From assembly GCA_041660305.1 (NCBI GenBank), contig JBAZWO010000002.1:132739-196738 (forward strand): 64,000 nt of DNA. The letters run 5' to 3'. This document shows positions 61,273 through 64,000 of this stretch, piece after piece. How positions within the stretch are numbered: the first letter of the stretch is position 1; every line of letters starts with the position of its first letter. The notes below the pieces were generated by a model, which was not told the origin of the DNA, ran no database searches, and saw only the letters and a list, made by a program, of their open reading frames with translations. Both the position numbers and the translations under genes were made by a program. This DNA comes from Patescibacteria group bacterium. Its GTDB lineage: Bacteria > Patescibacteriota > Patescibacteriia > UBA9570.

Positions 61273-62229
61273 ATGGACTATACCGTTCAATATATTGGTC
61301 ATACCAAAAATATAGCTTATATTAAGCAACTAATTGCCAAACAATGTTTACCGGCAGCTTGGCTATGGTTAGGAGAGGAACAGCTTGGTAAATTTACTTT
61401 AGCGATTAATTTAGCTTATTGGTTAATGTGTAGTGATAAACGTGACAATAATCCTTGCGGGCATTGTGTTAGTTGTTTAACTTTGCATAATAATACTAAT
61501 TCTAATTTAATAGTTATTAAACCAAAACAGTCCAATAAAATTACCAAAGCAGATGTGCAACAATATTTTCAGGCACTCCATCATACTAATTTAAATCATA
61601 CTATACCACGTTTGGTTATCATCGATCCGATTACTGCCTTAACTGAAGAAGCTATTAATGCATTATTAAAAATTTTAGAAGAGCCAATTTCTAATGTTTA
61701 TTTTATTTTGTTGGCTCGTCAACAACAAATGGTTATGGCTACTATTAGATCACGTTGTGCTTTATTAAATTTTTATCCGGTGTGGCAATCTGAAAAAATT
61801 AAGCCAGCCTGGTTAACCTTAGCTGATGGTTTACCTGGTAGAGCCTTATTATTCAACAATGTTGTTGAACGTAAACAATTAGACATATTAACTAAACGGT
61901 GGGCGGCTATTTTTAATACAACGTCATTTAGTCAACGTTTAGCATTGTATAAGCAATATTGGCCAACTTTGTCAGAAACAGAATTTTTACAGCAACATTT
62001 TCCAGTAATTACTGAATTATGTCGACAAGTTTGTTTATGGCTTTATCAAGTGCCTATAAAATATACATGGAGCCAAGTAGAGCTTGAACAATTAGCTAAT
62101 AAATATTCGACCAAATACCATATTCAACGTATATTAAAATTAGCCGAGCTACGAAAGCAATTATTACAACACTGTCAATTTAAGCTTATTATCGAACAAT
62201 TAATGTTAAATTTATATTATTCTATATGA
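61273..62229 (+). CDS. holB: DNA polymerase III delta' subunit
   Basis: Degenerate P-loop GEEQLGK, Zn module CGHCVSC, LLKILEEP, SRC box IRSRC. Confidence 0.75.
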   Translation: MDYTVQYIGHTKNIAYIKQLIAKQCLPAAWLWLGEEQLGKFTLAINLAYWLMCSDKRDNNPCGHCVSCLTLHNNTNSNLIVIKPKQSNKITKADVQQYFQALHHTNLNHTIPRLVIIDPITALTEEAINALLKILEEPISNVYFILLARQQQMVMATIRSRCALLNFYPVWQSEKIKPAWLTLADGLPGRALLFNNVVERKQLDILTKRWAAIFNTTSFSQRLALYKQYWPTLSETEFLQQHFPVITELCRQVCLWLYQVPIKYTWSQVELEQLANKYSTKYHIQRILKLAELRKQLLQHCQFKLIIEQLMLNLYYSI

Positions 62230-63371
62230 CTACTCATGCATGGTTATGGCGCTTGGGCATATTACTTTTTCCAATTATGTTAGTAGGTTTAAGTTGTAAT
62301 GAAGCTAAAGATGGGGGAGTATATCGATCAATTGATGGTGGGCAAAGCTGGGAACAAAAAACATTCATGTCTCAACAAGGCAAGAATATTGTTAGTATTA
62401 GTGATGTGGAGGTATTAACATTGGTAGCGCACCCAACTGATAGTAATCGTGTTTATTTAGGTTCCAAAGGTTTGGGCATGTATGTAACTTATAATAACGG
62501 AGAACAATGGAATTATACTCCAATTAAACAAGGTAATATTCTAGCAATTGGCATTGACAGTATCAATCCAGCTAATATGTTCGTGGCGCAAGATAATGTT
62601 GTTTTGCGATCTACTGATGCTGGTGAAACTTGGCAACAATCCTATGTGGAAGTGAATAAAAAATTAGTATATAGTGTATTAGTAGATAGTTATGACAATA
62701 GCCGGATTTATGCGGCTACTTCGGGCGGAGAAATATTAAAAAGTGTTGATTATGGGATTACTTGGGATATTCATTATAATGGTAGAAGTAGTATTACTAA
62801 GCTATTAATGAGTAAGCAAGATACTAGAATTATCTATGTTTTAGACTCTAAAGGTGAGTTAGTGCAAACTACTAATGGCGGCGAATTTGATAGTGCTTTA
62901 ATTGATTCGGCAGATTATATTAATTCAGGTTGGCATAAATTATTAGATGAGAAATATGAAGACATGTTTAGCCATAATGCTATGAATGCTGCTAATATTA
63001 CATTAGATCCGCAAGATAATTCTATTGTTTATATCAGCACTAAACGTGGTTTAATGAAAGGAGAAAATAATGGACAAAATTGGAGTGATGTAATTAATAT
63101 TTTTGGCGTTAATGACAAGAATAATTCTAATATTAAAAATTTAACTATTGCAGCGGATGCCAATCATACTATATATTACACTTTAAACAAGGTTATTTAT
63201 AAATCAAGTGATCAAGGCAATAATTGGCAAACATTAGAAACGTTTCCATCGGCGCGTATTTTATCGGCTTTAATCATTGATCAAACCAATGCCAATATTG
63301 TCTATATTGGTACGCGACAACCTAAAGATGAAGGAGGCGGAATATTTAAAGTGAAAAAAAATACTAATTAG
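62226..63371 (+). CDS. BNR/Asp-box repeat beta-propeller protein (Ycf48/sialidase-like), possible lipoprotein
   Basis: At least six S/T-x-D-x-G-x-x-W boxes (SIDGGQSW, STDAGETW, SVDYGITW, SSDQGNNW ...). N-terminal LVGLSC. Confidence 0.75.
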   Translation: MTTHAWLWRLGILLFPIMLVGLSCNEAKDGGVYRSIDGGQSWEQKTFMSQQGKNIVSISDVEVLTLVAHPTDSNRVYLGSKGLGMYVTYNNGEQWNYTPIKQGNILAIGIDSINPANMFVAQDNVVLRSTDAGETWQQSYVEVNKKLVYSVLVDSYDNSRIYAATSGGEILKSVDYGITWDIHYNGRSSITKLLMSKQDTRIIYVLDSKGELVQTTNGGEFDSALIDSADYINSGWHKLLDEKYEDMFSHNAMNAANITLDPQDNSIVYISTKRGLMKGENNGQNWSDVINIFGVNDKNNSNIKNLTIAADANHTIYYTLNKVIYKSSDQGNNWQTLETFPSARILSALIIDQTNANIVYIGTRQPKDEGGGIFKVKKNTN

Positions 63372-63383
63372 CAATTAAACAAT

Positions 63384-63917
63384 ATGCAAACAGAATTTGA
63401 AAAAATAATGGAACAGTTAAAAGCTAAGTTAGCTACTTGGCAAGTAGGCAGAGCTACACCAGCTTTAATTGAGCGTACTTTGGTAGATAGTTATGGTAAC
63501 AAAATGCCTTTACAACAATTAGGCTCTATTACCAGTTTAGACGCGCAAACACTACAGGTGCAACCCTGGGACGTTAGTACTATTAAGGCTATAGAAAAAG
63601 CCTTGTATGTCTCGGTGCAAAATATTACCGTGGCTGTATCCGGACAAACATTACGCGTACATTTTGCTCCGTTAACCATGGAAAAACGACAGGCCTTGGT
63701 AAAAGCAATGAAACAACAATGTGAAGAAACGCATATTATGATTAAACGGTTACGCGAAGATTTACTTAACAAATTAAAACAAGATAAAAAAAATAATGGT
63801 TTAGCAGAAGATGTATTTTTTACTGAACAAAAGAAAATTCAAAAAATGGTGGATGATTACAATCAAAAAGTTAAGCAAATTGAAAGTGACAAAGAAAAAG
63901 TTCTGCTAACAGTATGA
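63384..63917 (+). CDS. frr: ribosome recycling factor
   Basis: 177 aa. GRATPALIERTLVDSYG...L.QL..I......L.VQPWD, K/E-rich helical C-terminus. Confidence 0.9.
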   Translation: MQTEFEKIMEQLKAKLATWQVGRATPALIERTLVDSYGNKMPLQQLGSITSLDAQTLQVQPWDVSTIKAIEKALYVSVQNITVAVSGQTLRVHFAPLTMEKRQALVKAMKQQCEETHIMIKRLREDLLNKLKQDKKNNGLAEDVFFTEQKKIQKMVDDYNQKVKQIESDKEKVLLTV

Positions 63918-64000
63918 TAGTATCAATTATTGTTTTTATTGTTGTCTTAGGTGGTTTAGTGATTATTCATGAGCTAGGTCATTATGGTTTAGCTAGATTA
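63914..64000 (+). CDS. rseP: site-2 (M50) zinc metalloprotease, 3'-truncated at window edge
   Basis: ATGA overlap with the frr stop. MIVSIIVFIVVLGGLVIIHELGHYGLARL contains the HExxH motif in TM1. Confidence 0.75.
   Translation, partial: MIVSIIVFIVVLGGLVIIHELGHYGLARL

Noticed and set aside
1-64000. Alternative genetic code (TGA recoding as in some CPR-related lineages, or code 4).
   Set aside because: TGA terminates well-defined genes at conserved C-termini and takes part in ATGA start/stop overlaps (11980-11983, 63914-63917). Conserved proteins show no in-frame TGA, so the standard code 11 fits.
1-64000. Searched for transposases, IS ends, prophage genes, toxin-antitoxin pairs, restriction-modification genes, rRNA genes and CRISPR-cas.
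   Set aside because: No ORF or repeat pattern in the window supports any of these.

Overview
This is an AT-rich, tightly packed bacterial chromosome segment with most genes on the + strand. There are many 4-30 nt gene overlaps, ATGA-type start/stop overlaps and standard TGA/TAA/TAG stops. I infer a reduced Patescibacteria/CPR-like genome from the gene content: shortened ribosomal proteins, an RpoA with no C-terminal domain, a compact AlaRS, a sortase, a TM-less type IV coupling-protein-like ATPase and scattered single steps of cofactor pathways.

I support about 70 CDS, two tRNAs (Pro-GGG, Val-CAC), eight sigma70-like promoters and three intrinsic terminators.

- **Housekeeping blocks:**
  - the infA-rpmJ-rpsM-rpsK-rpsD-rpoA-rplQ-rplM-rpsI operon (46.9-50.5 kb);
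  - alaS, mnmA, pdxST, trmB, nadK, rdgB, a riboflavin kinase and riboflavin synthase, sufS, frr, holB and mreB;
  - a zinc-homeostasis cluster, zupT-zur-znuACB (13.9-17.6 kb);
  - a cell-envelope glycan cluster (50.5-61.3 kb).
- **No CRISPR array, transposase, integrase or rRNA is visible.**

**Most interesting observations:**
1. Three tandem paralogues (0.46-5.8 kb) of a ~560-aa hyper-cysteine protein I cannot assign to a named family. Each has mirrored N- and C-terminal zinc-ribbon modules and a CxxC ladder.
2. A roughly 2-kb compositionally foreign islet sits beside tRNA-Val (23.0-25.0 kb).
   - It carries a free-standing archaeal-type ThrRS editing-domain-like ORF convergent with an aspartate racemase.
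   - It also carries orphan promoter/terminator units and a ~216-nt GC-rich multi-hairpin element.
3. GC-rich palindromic segments are translated in frame inside trmB and inside Cys-rich paralogue A.
4. A perfect 35-bp palindrome overlaps the predicted zur promoter.
5. An HtrA-like protein has all three catalytic residues replaced.
6. Promoter -10 hexamers recur 6-8 nt upstream of start codons with no Shine-Dalgarno sequence, which suggests leaderless mRNAs.

All functional calls rest on motif recognition by eye or from memory. No database search was run.
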